Shown here piece by piece: positions 29,080 through 39,234 of a DNA stretch of 64,000 nt. Where the stretch lies: positions 35,699 through 99,698 of the forward strand of contig DEAU01000014.1 of assembly GCA_002348705.1 (NCBI GenBank), written 5' to 3'. The stretch is from Candidatus Neomicrothrix sp. UBA2974 (lineage in GTDB: Bacteria; Actinomycetota; Acidimicrobiia; Acidimicrobiales; MedAcidi-G1). Each line of letters opens with the position of its first letter. Positions within the stretch are counted from its first letter, which is position 1. A program made the translations under genes and the position numbers. The notes under the pieces were generated by a model. That model did no database searches and had not been told where the DNA came from. It saw only the letters and a program-made list of their open reading frames with translations.

Positions 29080-30060
29080 TCATGACTGTTGGTCGGCACG
29101 TTGGCGGCCCTTAAGGCGCTCGTGGGCAACACTCGTGCCGTTGTGCCATGTCCCCGCCCACTGGTCGATTGGGAACTGAGTGTTGCCGTAGTTGACCTCG
29201 AAGTAGCGGTGGTGCAGTTGGTGGAACAGGTCACCTGTCGGCACGGTGAACCGGCCGAACCTCGTCCGAGCGAACCCAGCGTGTGACGGGGCCGGTCCGG
29301 GCCCCTGATAGAAGGTGCACATCAGTATGACCAGTGGGTGGGCAGGTATGACCCACCAGATCAGGAAGACCGAGAAGTAGATCAGGTGTTCCCACGGGTG
29401 CATTGAGATACCGGTCCACGGAGTGGGGTTCGGGTTCCGGTGGTGCAGGGCGTGGAACCTTCGGTAAAGGGGCACGATATGGATGAGTCTGTGGTTCAGC
29501 CAGAAATGAGCAGTTGACACCCAAACCACGCCCAGAGTGGCTAGAAGCACCACCACCACCGGGTGAGTCGACCAGTCGTGGCGAAGTAACAGACCGCTGG
29601 CATAGGCCCAGTGTGTGAGAGCCTCGTACGCCGTCAAGAAGCCAACGCCGCTGGTCATGGTCCAGAAGACATTGTCGCGAACCTGATGTCCAAAAGTGAA
29701 TTTGGCGCCGGCACCCGGCCAACGTCGGTTGAATTTGAACTCGTCGGCCTGGGCGCGGCGGATGTAGAGCCACCAGTGAAGGCCACCGGCAATGCCCCCG
29801 ACTACGACCACATTTCGGATCCAGATTTGGGCGATCCATTCCATGCCAAACGACGCCATGGCCTCATCGGGCGGGAGGAACCACTGCCAGATCGCTATCG
29901 ATAGGGCCATGTAGAGAAGCACCCAGGGGTAGGTGATCATTCGGACAACCCACCGAAGTGCGGCCACTGGCCGGGGTGGCCAAGAGAAGACTGCTGGGAC
30001 TTCAATCGGGACCGGAGGCTGATAGTCGCTATTGGCGACGCCTTGGTAGCCGCCGGTCAT
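29080..30060 (-). CDS. fatty acid hydroxylase/sterol desaturase-family membrane di-iron enzyme
   Basis: 326 aa, several TM helices. His boxes HRLIH, HALHHR, HQLHH. Confidence 0.8.
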   Translation of the reverse strand: MTGGYQGVANSDYQPPVPIEVPAVFSWPPRPVAALRWVVRMITYPWVLLYMALSIAIWQWFLPPDEAMASFGMEWIAQIWIRNVVVVGGIAGGLHWWLYIRRAQADEFKFNRRWPGAGAKFTFGHQVRDNVFWTMTSGVGFLTAYEALTHWAYASGLLLRHDWSTHPVVVVLLATLGVVWVSTAHFWLNHRLIHIVPLYRRFHALHHRNPNPTPWTGISMHPWEHLIYFSVFLIWWVIPAHPLVILMCTFYQGPGPAPSHAGFARTRFGRFTVPTGDLFHQLHHRYFEVNYGNTQFPIDQWAGTWHNGTSVAHERLKGRQRADQQS

Positions 30061-30120
30061 CTTGCCGAAGGCACGAGGTTGGCGAGCGGCCTAAACACTG
30101 CGAAAGACTATGACTCGAGC

Positions 30121-31626
30121 CTAGGACCAGTCGAGGGACCGCTTAACAGCTTCGGACCAGCGCATTGCGAGGCGTTCCCGTTCAGATTGATCCATGTTCG
30201 GCCGCCAGCGTCCACCCTCGGTCCACTGGGCTCGGACCGCGGAGGTATCGTCCCATACCCCCTCGGCTAGACCGGCGGCATAAGCAGCACCAAGGGCTGT
30301 GGCTTCCTCAACACGTGGTCGAACGACGTCTATACCGAGGAGGTCAGCCTGGAACTGCATCAGTAGGTCGTTGACAACCATCCCGCCGTCCACACGGAGC
30401 TCTGTCATCTCCACCCTCCCGGCAATACCTTCATCATCTGCCTTGATGGATTCCACAAGTTCCGCGACCTGGAACGCCGTCGACTCGAGAACGGCTCGAG
30501 CCAAGTGTCCGCGATTAGCGAAACGAGTCAGGCCTACGAGGACCCCTCGCGCGTCGGGTCGCCAGTGGGGCGCGAATAGGCCGGAGAAAGCGGGAACCAG
30601 GTAGATATCACCGTTATCGTCGACGGTGCGGGCCAGCGCCTCCACCTCGTCCGAGTTGGTAATCAATCCGAGTTCGTCGCGGAGCCACTGGACCGTGGCT
30701 CCGGCCATGGCCACCGATCCCTCCAATGCGTATGTGGCAGTTTCGCCGGCAATCTGACAAGCGATGGTGGTGAGAAGCCCACGACTGGACGGTACGGGTG
30801 TGTTGCCGGTATTCATCAGGAGGAAGCAGCCGGTGCCGTACGTGTTCTTTGCGCTTCCGGATTCATGGCATCCCTGGCCAAATAGGGCTGCCTGCTGATC
30901 GCCGAGGATCCCAGAAATTGGTACGCCAGCAAGGTGACCGACCCCCAGGCCCAGTCGACCGATGGATGGAACCACTTCCGGCAAGGCCACCGCTGGTATG
31001 CCCATTGCCTCTATTAGGTCTGGATTCCATTCGAGCGTGGCAAGGTCGAGCAGTAACGTCCTCGAGGCATTGGTGACATCGGTTGCGAAACGTCCGCCTT
31101 CCGGTCCACCAGTGAGATTCCAGAGAAGCCACGAGTCCATAGTGCCGAGGAGGGCACGACCCGATTCGGTTGCGGCTCGCAGGCCATCGACTTCCTCCAG
31201 TAGCCACACTGCCTTTGGGCCGCTGAAGTATGTGGCAAGCGGCAACCCAGTACTGCTTCGAAACCGGTCAGTGCCACCGTTAGCCGCAAGTCTCTCCACA
31301 ATGCCTGCGCTGCGTGTGTCCTGCCAAACGATTGCAGGTGCTAGTGGACAGCCGGTTAATCGGTCCCATGCAACGAGGGTCTCGCGCTGGTTGGTTATAC
31401 CGATCGCGGCCAGATCGCCAGCCGCTAGGTCGGCTTCGGACAGCGCCTCCGATATGCAGGTCATAACGTTTTCGAGGATCTCGGCAGCATCATGTTCCAC
31501 CCAGCCGGGGCGGGGTAGGTGCTGGGCATGGGGCCGCTGAGCTGCTGCGACGACCGATCCGTCCTCGTCCACGACCAGGAACCGGGTACTTGTAGTTCCC
31601 TGGTCGATGGCACCGACGAGGGGCAC
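30121..31626 (-). CDS. glpK: glycerol kinase
   Basis: ORF track 30121..31764, but the first 46 codons overlap the upstream gene. GTG 31626 (or TTG 31632) gives [18 protein letters not shown], the canonical GlpK N-terminus. Confidence 0.9.
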   Translation of the reverse strand: MPLVGAIDQGTTSTRFLVVDEDGSVVAAAQRPHAQHLPRPGWVEHDAAEILENVMTCISEALSEADLAAGDLAAIGITNQRETLVAWDRLTGCPLAPAIVWQDTRSAGIVERLAANGGTDRFRSSTGLPLATYFSGPKAVWLLEEVDGLRAATESGRALLGTMDSWLLWNLTGGPEGGRFATDVTNASRTLLLDLATLEWNPDLIEAMGIPAVALPEVVPSIGRLGLGVGHLAGVPISGILGDQQAALFGQGCHESGSAKNTYGTGCFLLMNTGNTPVPSSRGLLTTIACQIAGETATYALEGSVAMAGATVQWLRDELGLITNSDEVEALARTVDDNGDIYLVPAFSGLFAPHWRPDARGVLVGLTRFANRGHLARAVLESTAFQVAELVESIKADDEGIAGRVEMTELRVDGGMVVNDLLMQFQADLLGIDVVRPRVEEATALGAAYAAGLAEGVWDDTSAVRAQWTEGGRWRPNMDQSERERLAMRWSEAVKRSLDWS

Positions 31627-31628
31627 GA

Positions 31629-32303
31629 TCAACCGCCCCGTCCGTTGGCTAATCCTGGGCCTCGGGCCCAGTCGGCTACGTAGGCGGGGACGGATTCCCC
31701 ACTGGTGTCCTCGCCGGGTAATGGTCCGCCCGCCGAAATGCCGAGGGGGATCAGGCCCGCCCACGTGTCTTCGGCCATGTCCTCGTCGTCATCAATCGGC
31801 GGACCAGTCCTCTCCTTCATCGAGCACTCCTTCAACGACAAGGCGAGACCGGTGGTGTTTCGAACCTCGGTGGCTGTCACGGGACGGATAGCGGCTACCC
31901 GACCCGGGATCACGTGATCAACGAAGCGATCGAGGGCCTGTACTTTTTCGTCGTAGTCAGTGACCACCACCGTTTTTCCCATCACTACCACCGAGCGATA
32001 GTTCATCGAGTGGCGGAGGCCGGATCTGGCCAGAACCTGGCCATCGAGCAGGGTGACCGTCACACAAATCTCGGCCCCCTTCTTGGCAGTCCTGAGTAGA
32101 CAGCTAGCCGGTGATTCATGGAGGAGAAGGTGGTCTCCGTCACGGGCATACAGCATCGGAATCACGACCGGGTGTACACCCGTGTCGCTTCCGGTGATCA
32201 GTCCTACGTGAACACCGAGGCCCTCGTCGAGAACCGCGTCAATAGCAGTCCGGGCGGTAACCGCCCGGTCGGGCTTTCGTCGGAGTTTGGTGCGATCGCT
32301 CAT
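31629..32303 (-). CDS. pyridoxamine 5'-phosphate oxidase-family (FMN-binding split barrel) protein
   Basis: ORF track 31629..32402. ATG 32303 ([14 protein letters not shown]) lies 10 nt after the PhzF-like stop. Pattern [16 protein letters not shown] is typical of the Pyridox_ox_2 type. Confidence 0.7.
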   Translation of the reverse strand: MSDRTKLRRKPDRAVTARTAIDAVLDEGLGVHVGLITGSDTGVHPVVIPMLYARDGDHLLLHESPASCLLRTAKKGAEICVTVTLLDGQVLARSGLRHSMNYRSVVVMGKTVVVTDYDEKVQALDRFVDHVIPGRVAAIRPVTATEVRNTTGLALSLKECSMKERTGPPIDDDEDMAEDTWAGLIPLGISAGGPLPGEDTSGESVPAYVADWARGPGLANGRGG

Positions 32304-32313
32304 GCCGTGCCAA

Positions 32314-33117
32314 TTACGCCAGAAGTTTCCCGTGGACCACCGTGACAGCCCGGCCGGACAGATGCACTCGGTCGTCGACGAGTTGGACGCCGATTTCTCC
32401 ACCGCGGGCCGAGGCTTGTTCGGCTCGGAAGGCGTTGCCGATCCGGGACGCCCACCAAGCAGCCAGAGTGGTATGCGCCGAGCCGGTCACAGGATCTTCC
32501 GGTATACCGGTTCGAGGCGCGAAGAAGCGTGACACCACGTCCATATCGTCGCGATCATCACAGGCGGCGGTCACGATCACCCCTCGGGGTGCCAATCCTG
32601 CGATACCTGCCATATCTGGATTGCAGCTTCGGACCTCCGCCGCCCCACCAACTTCGACGAGAAGGTCTGTGGCCCCCTTCGCCGCCGCGAGTACCCGAGT
32701 TCCCACAGCATCCGACATAGCGGTCCCCACTTCACAACTCTCGATTACGTCTACTGGAAAGTCGAGTCGGATTGTGTCGTCCTCCACAATGGCTGACAGC
32801 CGACCTGACCGCGTGTGGAAACCCATTTCACCCTCTGCACCGTGCTCGGTGGCCAGAACGTGGGCAGTCGCCAACGTCGCATGTCCGCAGAGGTCGACTT
32901 CCACTGTCGGCGTGAACCACCGCAGTTCCCACTCCCCCACGTTCCCTTTCTCCATACCCGGCAATGGATGACAGAAGGCGGTCTCTGAGAGATTCATTTC
33001 GCTGGCGACGGCCTGCATCCACGCAGCATCGGCGGGCGCATCCATTACCAGTACTGCGGCGGGATTGCCGCAAAACGGCCGGTCAGCGAACGCGTCGACT
33101 TGGACGAACTCTTGCAT
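32314..33117 (-). CDS. PhzF-family isomerase/epimerase-like protein
   Basis: 267 aa. VDAFADRPFCGNPAAV, ETAF, FFAPRTGIPEDPVTGSAH are classic PhzF motifs. Confidence 0.85.
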   Translation of the reverse strand: MQEFVQVDAFADRPFCGNPAAVLVMDAPADAAWMQAVASEMNLSETAFCHPLPGMEKGNVGEWELRWFTPTVEVDLCGHATLATAHVLATEHGAEGEMGFHTRSGRLSAIVEDDTIRLDFPVDVIESCEVGTAMSDAVGTRVLAAAKGATDLLVEVGGAAEVRSCNPDMAGIAGLAPRGVIVTAACDDRDDMDVVSRFFAPRTGIPEDPVTGSAHTTLAAWWASRIGNAFRAEQASARGGEIGVQLVDDRVHLSGRAVTVVHGKLLA

Positions 33118-33358
33118 CGAAGGAATCCTCGCAGACGTCAGATGGTTACTGCACCAGAAGCGCCGAAGCGGGAGCCCTGAACACCTGCGTCGGCTTGGTT
33201 AACCGCAACTTTCCAATGAATTCCATGAGGACGTCCCCTGTCCACCCCATCCCGATCAGCCGAATATCCGAATTCACGAATGCTGTACCGAGTGTCGTGG
33301 ACTACCTGCAACCCTGCCAACATGACGACTAACTCCAAATCTGGCTAGGGAGGAAACC

Positions 33359-34279
33359 TTGGTTCCCCTCGACGAGACCTATGACGGCACCTTCCCCTTT
33401 GTGCCCCACACTTTCTCGGGCCACGGTTTCCTGCAGCATTACGTGGATGAGGGACCCCGGGACGCCGAGCCGATTGTGCTGTTGCACGGCGAACCCACCT
33501 GGGGATACCTGTACCGACACATGATCGCTCCACTTGCAGAGCAGTACCGCGTAGTGGTTCCCGACCACATGGGCTTCGGCAAGTCCGAGACTCCGCAGGA
33601 TCGCGAGTACACGCTGCAGGGCCATACCGAAAACCTGATAGCTCTCACTGAGCACCTTGACCTGAGAGATATCACGTTCTTCGGCCAAGACTGGGGCGGA
33701 CCGATCGCCACTGCGTTCACCGTTCGTCACCCGGACCGCGTGAAACGAATCGTGTATGCGAACTCGATAGCCGGATATGGGCGGATTGGAGAGCAGGATG
33801 CGACCCCGCTTACGAAGTCACGGTGGTTCACCTGGATAGGTGATGGACTGGACTCGGGACGAACCGAGGATGTCCTGTTAAATCTCGGCTCAACGGTCTT
33901 GTCGGTGATGAAGATCACCGGGTTCACCAACTCCGCAGCAATCGACGACACCTGGATCCGGGCATACTCCGACCCGTTCCCTGACCGGGAATCGGCCATC
34001 GGAGGACTCGAGTTTCCCTTGGACGCCTATCTGGGACGCATTGCCGACTACGTGATCGCCGGCGCCAACGGTGTGCCAGAACTGAGGTCTAAGCCAGCCA
34101 TGTTGTTGGAGGGCATGGAGGACAGAGCTATCCCACCAGACCTAGCCATTGCCGACTTTCGTGCACTGTGGCCGGAAGCGCCGGTAGTGGAAATGCCTGG
34201 AGTGGGCCACTACTGCCAAGAAGACGCACCTGAGGTTCTAGTGGCCAATGTCCTCCAGTTCATCCAGAAGAATCCATAG
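33359..34279 (+). CDS. haloalkane dehalogenase-like alpha/beta hydrolase
   Basis: 306 aa. TTG start 6 nt after GGGAGG. LHGEPTWGYLYRHMI, PDHMGFGKSE, FGQDWGGPIA (Asp nucleophile), GHYCQEDAPE. Confidence 0.85.
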   Translation: MVPLDETYDGTFPFVPHTFSGHGFLQHYVDEGPRDAEPIVLLHGEPTWGYLYRHMIAPLAEQYRVVVPDHMGFGKSETPQDREYTLQGHTENLIALTEHLDLRDITFFGQDWGGPIATAFTVRHPDRVKRIVYANSIAGYGRIGEQDATPLTKSRWFTWIGDGLDSGRTEDVLLNLGSTVLSVMKITGFTNSAAIDDTWIRAYSDPFPDRESAIGGLEFPLDAYLGRIADYVIAGANGVPELRSKPAMLLEGMEDRAIPPDLAIADFRALWPEAPVVEMPGVGHYCQEDAPEVLVANVLQFIQKNP

Positions 34280-34305
34280 AACCGCACACCTGAAGGCGAT
34301 ATCGG

Positions 34306-35259
34306 CTACTGGATTCCGCCGAGGTGACTATCAGCGTCTGAGGCAACCTGGTCGGGCCAGTTGGTTCGCCAAACTTCAGACTGGACGTAGCCCATAGGTA
34401 TAGACCGCATCTCGAAGTGCTCCAATGGCGCAAGGAGCGGCTCGGCTACCACGGCATGGTTCGGAACCACGAAGAATGGTGCGCTATAGCGCTCTGCTCC
34501 GGCAACATTGCTAACCCGATGTGGCGTCGAAACAAGGCGCCCTCCTGACCACACCTCCAGAACGTCCCCCACGTTGATCAACAGTGCGCCCTCCGGACAG
34601 AAGGCCTTTACCCAGCGTCCATCTCGAGTTCGGACCTCTAGGCCTCCTACCGGGTCCGGATCTAGCATTGTCACCACGGAGATGTCTTTGTGTGGATGAA
34701 AACCCGGCGACCGGTCCTCTGGCTGCTTCGCCGGATAGTGCAAAAGGGTCACATTGGTGAGCGGTGCCTCCATTCCTCGAGAGAGGATTTCGTAATCGAG
34801 GCCGAGCTCGTTTGCCAGGATGATCAGCAGGCGGTCAGCGAGTCCTTCCATAGCAGACCACCACGAGGTCACGACGTCGGGCATCTCCGGAAGATGATCC
34901 GGCCAGAGGTTTGATCCGTAGAGACTGCACTCGCCGCGGACCGGATGTCCGGGCGGGCACTCCCAGTGCAACTTGTAGCCCTCGAAGGCGTCGGCCGGAG
35001 CACCGTTGTCCCGGTTCGGAGTAAAAAATCGCAAGGGAATGAAGCCCCGATAGTTGTCGGGCTGCACCGCACAGCGTCGTTTTGCGGCATCGTCGACAGC
35101 GAACAAGGCGACAAGGAGTCGACGCATGGCTACCAACTCGCAATGCTGTACCCCGTGGCCCCGTACTGCGGCGAACCCTGTTGTCGCGAAAGCATCTATC
35201 AGGCCGCGGCTATCGGCTAGGTCGACCACCGGAATGCTGCTCGCGGACCATTCTGCCAT
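34306..35259 (-). CDS. 2OG-Fe(II) oxygenase (isopenicillin N synthase-like family)
   Basis: 317 aa. HPHKD (HxD), STPHRV, RYSAPFF (RxS). TGATG overlap with the upstream M24 gene. Confidence 0.85.
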   Translation of the reverse strand: MAEWSASSIPVVDLADSRGLIDAFATTGFAAVRGHGVQHCELVAMRRLLVALFAVDDAAKRRCAVQPDNYRGFIPLRFFTPNRDNGAPADAFEGYKLHWECPPGHPVRGECSLYGSNLWPDHLPEMPDVVTSWWSAMEGLADRLLIILANELGLDYEILSRGMEAPLTNVTLLHYPAKQPEDRSPGFHPHKDISVVTMLDPDPVGGLEVRTRDGRWVKAFCPEGALLINVGDVLEVWSGGRLVSTPHRVSNVAGAERYSAPFFVVPNHAVVAEPLLAPLEHFEMRSIPMGYVQSEVWRTNWPDQVASDADSHLGGIQ

Positions 35260-36440
35260 CAGATAATTGGCAACTCCGGCGGAGCCCGGCGAGACAGCAG
35301 TTCGGGCCCGCCGGCTCGAACGACCAAATTCTCCTCATGAACCATCATCCGGCCCGCGGCCCATGTCAGCCCTGGTTCGAGGGTAAGAACCATGCCCTCC
35401 TCAATCACCGTCCCGTCATCCACTGTGTGCGACGGCCACTCAGTGACCTGCATTCCCAAGCCATGTCCAAGCCGACCCACAGAATTTCCCAACGAACCAC
35501 CGGCTTCTAACACATTCGACATGGCCTGCCAGAGGTCACTGGTTGTCGCACCGGGCCGCACCGCTGCCAAGCCAGCTTCGGTCGCGTTCCAGACGACCTG
35601 ATAGGCGCGTCTCGCGTCATCGGCTGCGTGGCCAAACGCTACGTACCGATCAAAATCGCTCGAATAACCATCGTAAGTTGAACCTGTATCAAACATGAGA
35701 AGATCGCCCGCTTCTATCAGGCGATCCGAAGGCTGCTTGATGATGTCGTCAAAGCCTGGACCTGTTGCACCTACGAGGTAGGGGACGTCGTCAGCGCCCC
35801 TCTCCAATAGGTCAATCTTGAATGCCTGAAACGCTTCTCGTTCGGTCATACCGACCGATAGAAGTCCACCAATGCCCTCAAAGGCTCCGGACACCACGTC
35901 GCAAATATGGGAGACCTTGCCGATCTCCCGATCGGATTTCACCATGCGTAGCCTTCGCACGATGTCGGTTGCATCGACGAAGAAAGCAGGCGTGACTCGG
36001 GCTCGTAAAGCGTCGAGGTCACTCAGCGGCATACGAACGTGCGTCTCATGTCCCATCGGGAGACCGATGCGGACCTCATCACCGGAACCGTCGACCTGTC
36101 CTGCTAAGACCTCCTCGATGGTCTCAACCAGAAGGCACAATCCATCGTCAGCCGGGCGGGGTGCCGGCCAAGTTCGGATGTCATCCACCCATGTTGTTCC
36201 CATTGCCGAAGCTCCGATGTTGGGAATCACGGCTATCGGACGCCCATCTGCCGGCAAGACTACGAACCACGGTCGGGTCGGACTTTGCCAAAACGGCGTG
36301 TGGAAGCCGGTAAAGTAACGGACTTCCGGTTCAGTGCACACCAGCAGTGCCGCCAGCCCCCGCTCGGCCATCATCGCCTGGGCCCGGGCTGCCCGGGCCT
36401 CGTACTCGGCGTCTGGAAAGCCCCGCTCAGGCGTTCTCAC
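35259..36440 (-). CDS. M24-family metallohydrolase (Xaa-Pro peptidase / ectoine hydrolase DoeA-EutD-like)
   Basis: 393 aa. Creatinase-type N-domain (FPDAEYEARAARAQAMM). All five pita-bread metal ligands present (MFDTG, SDFDR, GHGLG, TLEPG, VHEEN). Confidence 0.8.
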   Translation of the reverse strand: MRTPERGFPDAEYEARAARAQAMMAERGLAALLVCTEPEVRYFTGFHTPFWQSPTRPWFVVLPADGRPIAVIPNIGASAMGTTWVDDIRTWPAPRPADDGLCLLVETIEEVLAGQVDGSGDEVRIGLPMGHETHVRMPLSDLDALRARVTPAFFVDATDIVRRLRMVKSDREIGKVSHICDVVSGAFEGIGGLLSVGMTEREAFQAFKIDLLERGADDVPYLVGATGPGFDDIIKQPSDRLIEAGDLLMFDTGSTYDGYSSDFDRYVAFGHAADDARRAYQVVWNATEAGLAAVRPGATTSDLWQAMSNVLEAGGSLGNSVGRLGHGLGMQVTEWPSHTVDDGTVIEEGMVLTLEPGLTWAAGRMMVHEENLVVRAGGPELLSRRAPPELPII

Positions 36441-37279
36441 CTGGGCTCTCCTACCGGCACACCGTCTAGGTCGAGGTGATAGAGGCGGCCCAGACCCTCA
36501 ATACGGTCCTGGATCCCGGCTAGGCGCAGCAGGTGCCAGCCGAAGGCGAGGTTGCTGGACACCACCGGCACACCCAACTCGTTCTCTAGCGCACCAGCGA
36601 CGCCGAATGCCCTCAAACTGGTGCATGACACGAAAGCAGCTTCCGGACGGCGGCCCGTAGCTTCCTCGGCCGCCCTCACCAGCTGGCGGACCCCGTCGGC
36701 CACCGTCTCCTCGGTCATCCGGGCCACCGTGGCGTCGCTCTCCTCAAGAAACGATCCTGCAGCCACCACCTCGAGTCCGCGCTCACCAAGTAGGCCGGTG
36801 ATCCCGGAAGTGACTTCGGCGCTGTATGGCGTCACCACGACGACCTGCTGTGCCGATAGTGCTGACAGGGCCGACAGCACGGCTGATATGGGATTGGTGT
36901 TGGGCACATCAGGATGGGCGACTCGCAGGACGCTGGAAACTCGCTCCTCACCAATCAGCGTGGCAGCCGATGTGCAGCCGTAGCCCACTACGTCCAGGCA
37001 GAGCGCCGGCGGCAGCAGTTTCGCCGCCTCCGGGATTCGCTCCTCCATTCCAAGCAGGGTCTCCGGGGTGACCCTGTCCTCCATGGCGATTCGGGTGGCG
37101 AATGCAGCCACGCCATCTGGCCACAGGCGGCTCAGTTCGGCCTCGACAGTCTGGTCGTTCTCTAGGACTACTAGGCCGACGCGGGCTCGGGCGCCGAACC
37201 CACTGTCTGTGGAGAACTCGAGGGAAGTCAGGGCACCATTGTCTGGGCGAGCATTAGGCGCATTCTGATAGGTCGTCAC
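36437..37279 (-). CDS. Asp/Glu/hydantoin racemase-superfamily protein (maleate isomerase / arylmalonate decarboxylase / EutA-like)
   Basis: 280 aa. The two catalytic-position Cys motifs VGYGCTSAA and FVSCTSLR. 4-nt overlaps with both neighbours. Confidence 0.75.
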   Translation of the reverse strand: MTTYQNAPNARPDNGALTSLEFSTDSGFGARARVGLVVLENDQTVEAELSRLWPDGVAAFATRIAMEDRVTPETLLGMEERIPEAAKLLPPALCLDVVGYGCTSAATLIGEERVSSVLRVAHPDVPNTNPISAVLSALSALSAQQVVVVTPYSAEVTSGITGLLGERGLEVVAAGSFLEESDATVARMTEETVADGVRQLVRAAEEATGRRPEAAFVSCTSLRAFGVAGALENELGVPVVSSNLAFGWHLLRLAGIQDRIEGLGRLYHLDLDGVPVGEPR

Positions 37280-38142
37280 GTAGGCACTCCCCGAGCCTGC
37301 TGGTCAAAGAACGATGCCGTCTCGGGTACCTCTGCGATCGGCATCTCGTACTCCACGCAACGAATCCGGCCTGTCGCGACACCTCTGACTAGTTCACCTT
37401 CGTTCGCGCTTGGAAGGTGGTTGGGGTGAAGGATTCGGCTGTCCTCAGACCGATAGCTGAAAATCGACAGGGTTCGCGACACCTCGGTCAGGTTTGGCCC
37501 CGATCCGTGGACGAGACGGGTGTGCATCAGGCACGCCGTGCCAGCCGGACCGTAGCAGTCCACTGAATCACCAAGCCCGGCCAGGTCCCCTTCGGCGATG
37601 GTGCCGGTGAATATCCCATCCTGCCAGTGATCAAAGATTGCCCCGCGGTGCGTGCCCGGCACTACTTCCAACGGCCCGTTCTCCGGCGTAACGTCGTCCA
37701 CGAACAGCAGTACAGCCAACATGTCATCATTGGTATGAGCCTCGTAGGCAAAGTCCTGGTGGAACCGGATCTCGGTGGCTGTACCGGGCTGTTTGCAGTT
37801 GGTCTTCACGTTGTTGACCACGATGTTCGGGCCGATCACCTGTGCGGCTGCGTCGACCAGTGGACTGTCACGCATGACCCGCAGGTGGGCCTGGCACACC
37901 TCCTGGGGGGACGCCACTCGTCGCAGAGCCGGAAGGTCAACAGAATGGCCGGGCTGAACGTCAAACCGAGGGCGGTGGTCCATCGTCTCTCCCCATGGAC
38001 CGCTATGACCGCGACTCTCCTCAACCCAGCCTGCAACCGCCGCACGCAGGTCCACCAGATCGTTCGCTGACACGGCATCAGCCATCATCACGTAGCCGTC
38101 CCGCCAGAAGGCGTCTACCTGCTCTTTGCTCAATGGTCCCAT
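37276..38142 (-). CDS. phytanoyl-CoA dioxygenase (PhyH)-family Fe(II)/2OG oxygenase
   Basis: ORF track 37276..38364. ATG 38142 (MGPLSKEQVDAFWRDGYV) lies 25 nt after the upstream stop. FHQDFAY (HxD), LVHGSGPN, SRT. Confidence 0.8.
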   Translation of the reverse strand: MGPLSKEQVDAFWRDGYVMMADAVSANDLVDLRAAVAGWVEESRGHSGPWGETMDHRPRFDVQPGHSVDLPALRRVASPQEVCQAHLRVMRDSPLVDAAAQVIGPNIVVNNVKTNCKQPGTATEIRFHQDFAYEAHTNDDMLAVLLFVDDVTPENGPLEVVPGTHRGAIFDHWQDGIFTGTIAEGDLAGLGDSVDCYGPAGTACLMHTRLVHGSGPNLTEVSRTLSIFSYRSEDSRILHPNHLPSANEGELVRGVATGRIRCVEYEMPIAEVPETASFFDQQARGVPT

Positions 38143-38167
38143 CAGCGCGAGTCTGCCTTGCGTACCG

Positions 38168-39229
38168 TCAGATGTGGTCACCCCGCGCTCCGTTGATTCC
38201 GCTGCGGGGCTCGTGTTCGTAATGTTCGATGGGTGGCGGCTCGGTGCGCATTTCACGGATAGTCCGCTGGATGTCTGCCACTGCGTGCTCGAGAAGGCCA
38301 GCAGCCGTTGCCTGGTCGATTCCATAAGGAACTGTGGCGAGAAGGTCCTCGAGGCGTCCCACACCCCGCCAAGCAGCGTGCCGAACCCATTCGGTTGGTA
38401 AGACAGCTGGATCGTCTACGCCAACCAGATCCTGCGAGCGGGACTGGTCATCCCGGGAACGGTCAAGAGCTACGTAGCCGTTGACCATAGTGATTCGTTC
38501 GGCCGCCTCGGTCAGCGGCCCACCACGGTGGACAACCATGTTTCCGTGTATGGCGACCGCCCACCCCGGCCCACCGAAGTCGGGGGCCATCACCCTGTCG
38601 GCAGGTGGCCTCTCCCCGCTCGCTGCCAACTCAGCTGCCTCAGTCTTCGTTCCGAGAAAGACTTCAAATCTTCCACCCGGCAAGGTCCGCGGATCGGTTA
38701 CCGGCATGACATAGTCGAGTGGCAACGTGTCATGGTGCCATTTGTCCACAGCTTCGCCGACTCTGGTTGGCTCGTAGTTGAGATGCCCAAGGTGGACCGG
38801 CATGGAGTGTGGTGCCACTTCTGTTCGGTAGATAGACGACAGAAGCTCAGTGACTTCGGGCGCCAGACACAGGGCACGCAGCCATCGGGAACGGTGGCAG
38901 CCGCCACGCACCATGTTGTCGATCCGTTCCCGAGCCCGGGCCCCGTATGGACGGAGGCGGCGAGCCACGTCCAGAAGGATTGCCGCACCCTCGTCGGAGA
39001 GCACTTTGAACGGTGATGAGAAGGCAACCGGGCTAGCCGTTGGGGCGATGTCGTCCTCCTCGTAGCCGAGGTCGGCCAGCATCACCACGTCTTCGGGTGG
39101 CTGGGGATCGAGGTGTAGAGACGGGTCAAAGGTCGGTTCGTTCTCAAACCATTCGTAGCCCGGTGGCTGGACCTCCGGAAACGCCAGTGGAAGGCGGGTC
39201 TGGTCCACGCTTGTGTTCAATTCACTCAT
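38168..39229 (-). CDS. hypothetical protein with 2OG/Fe(II)-oxygenase-like facial triad (unclassified double-stranded beta-helix)
   Basis: 353 aa. WHHDTLPLD (HxD) ... AIHGNMVVHRGGPLTEAAERIT (distal His, then R-x-T 11 residues later). No family recognised beyond this. Confidence 0.6.
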   Translation of the reverse strand: MSELNTSVDQTRLPLAFPEVQPPGYEWFENEPTFDPSLHLDPQPPEDVVMLADLGYEEDDIAPTASPVAFSSPFKVLSDEGAAILLDVARRLRPYGARARERIDNMVRGGCHRSRWLRALCLAPEVTELLSSIYRTEVAPHSMPVHLGHLNYEPTRVGEAVDKWHHDTLPLDYVMPVTDPRTLPGGRFEVFLGTKTEAAELAASGERPPADRVMAPDFGGPGWAVAIHGNMVVHRGGPLTEAAERITMVNGYVALDRSRDDQSRSQDLVGVDDPAVLPTEWVRHAAWRGVGRLEDLLATVPYGIDQATAAGLLEHAVADIQRTIREMRTEPPPIEHYEHEPRSGINGARGDHI

Positions 39230-39234
39230 CGTGG

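Noticed and set aside
31627-31764. 46-codon N-terminal extension of glpK
   Set aside because: It overlaps the C-terminus of the PNPOx-like gene. The conserved GlpK N-terminus ([12 protein letters not shown]) starts right after GTG 31626 / TTG 31632.
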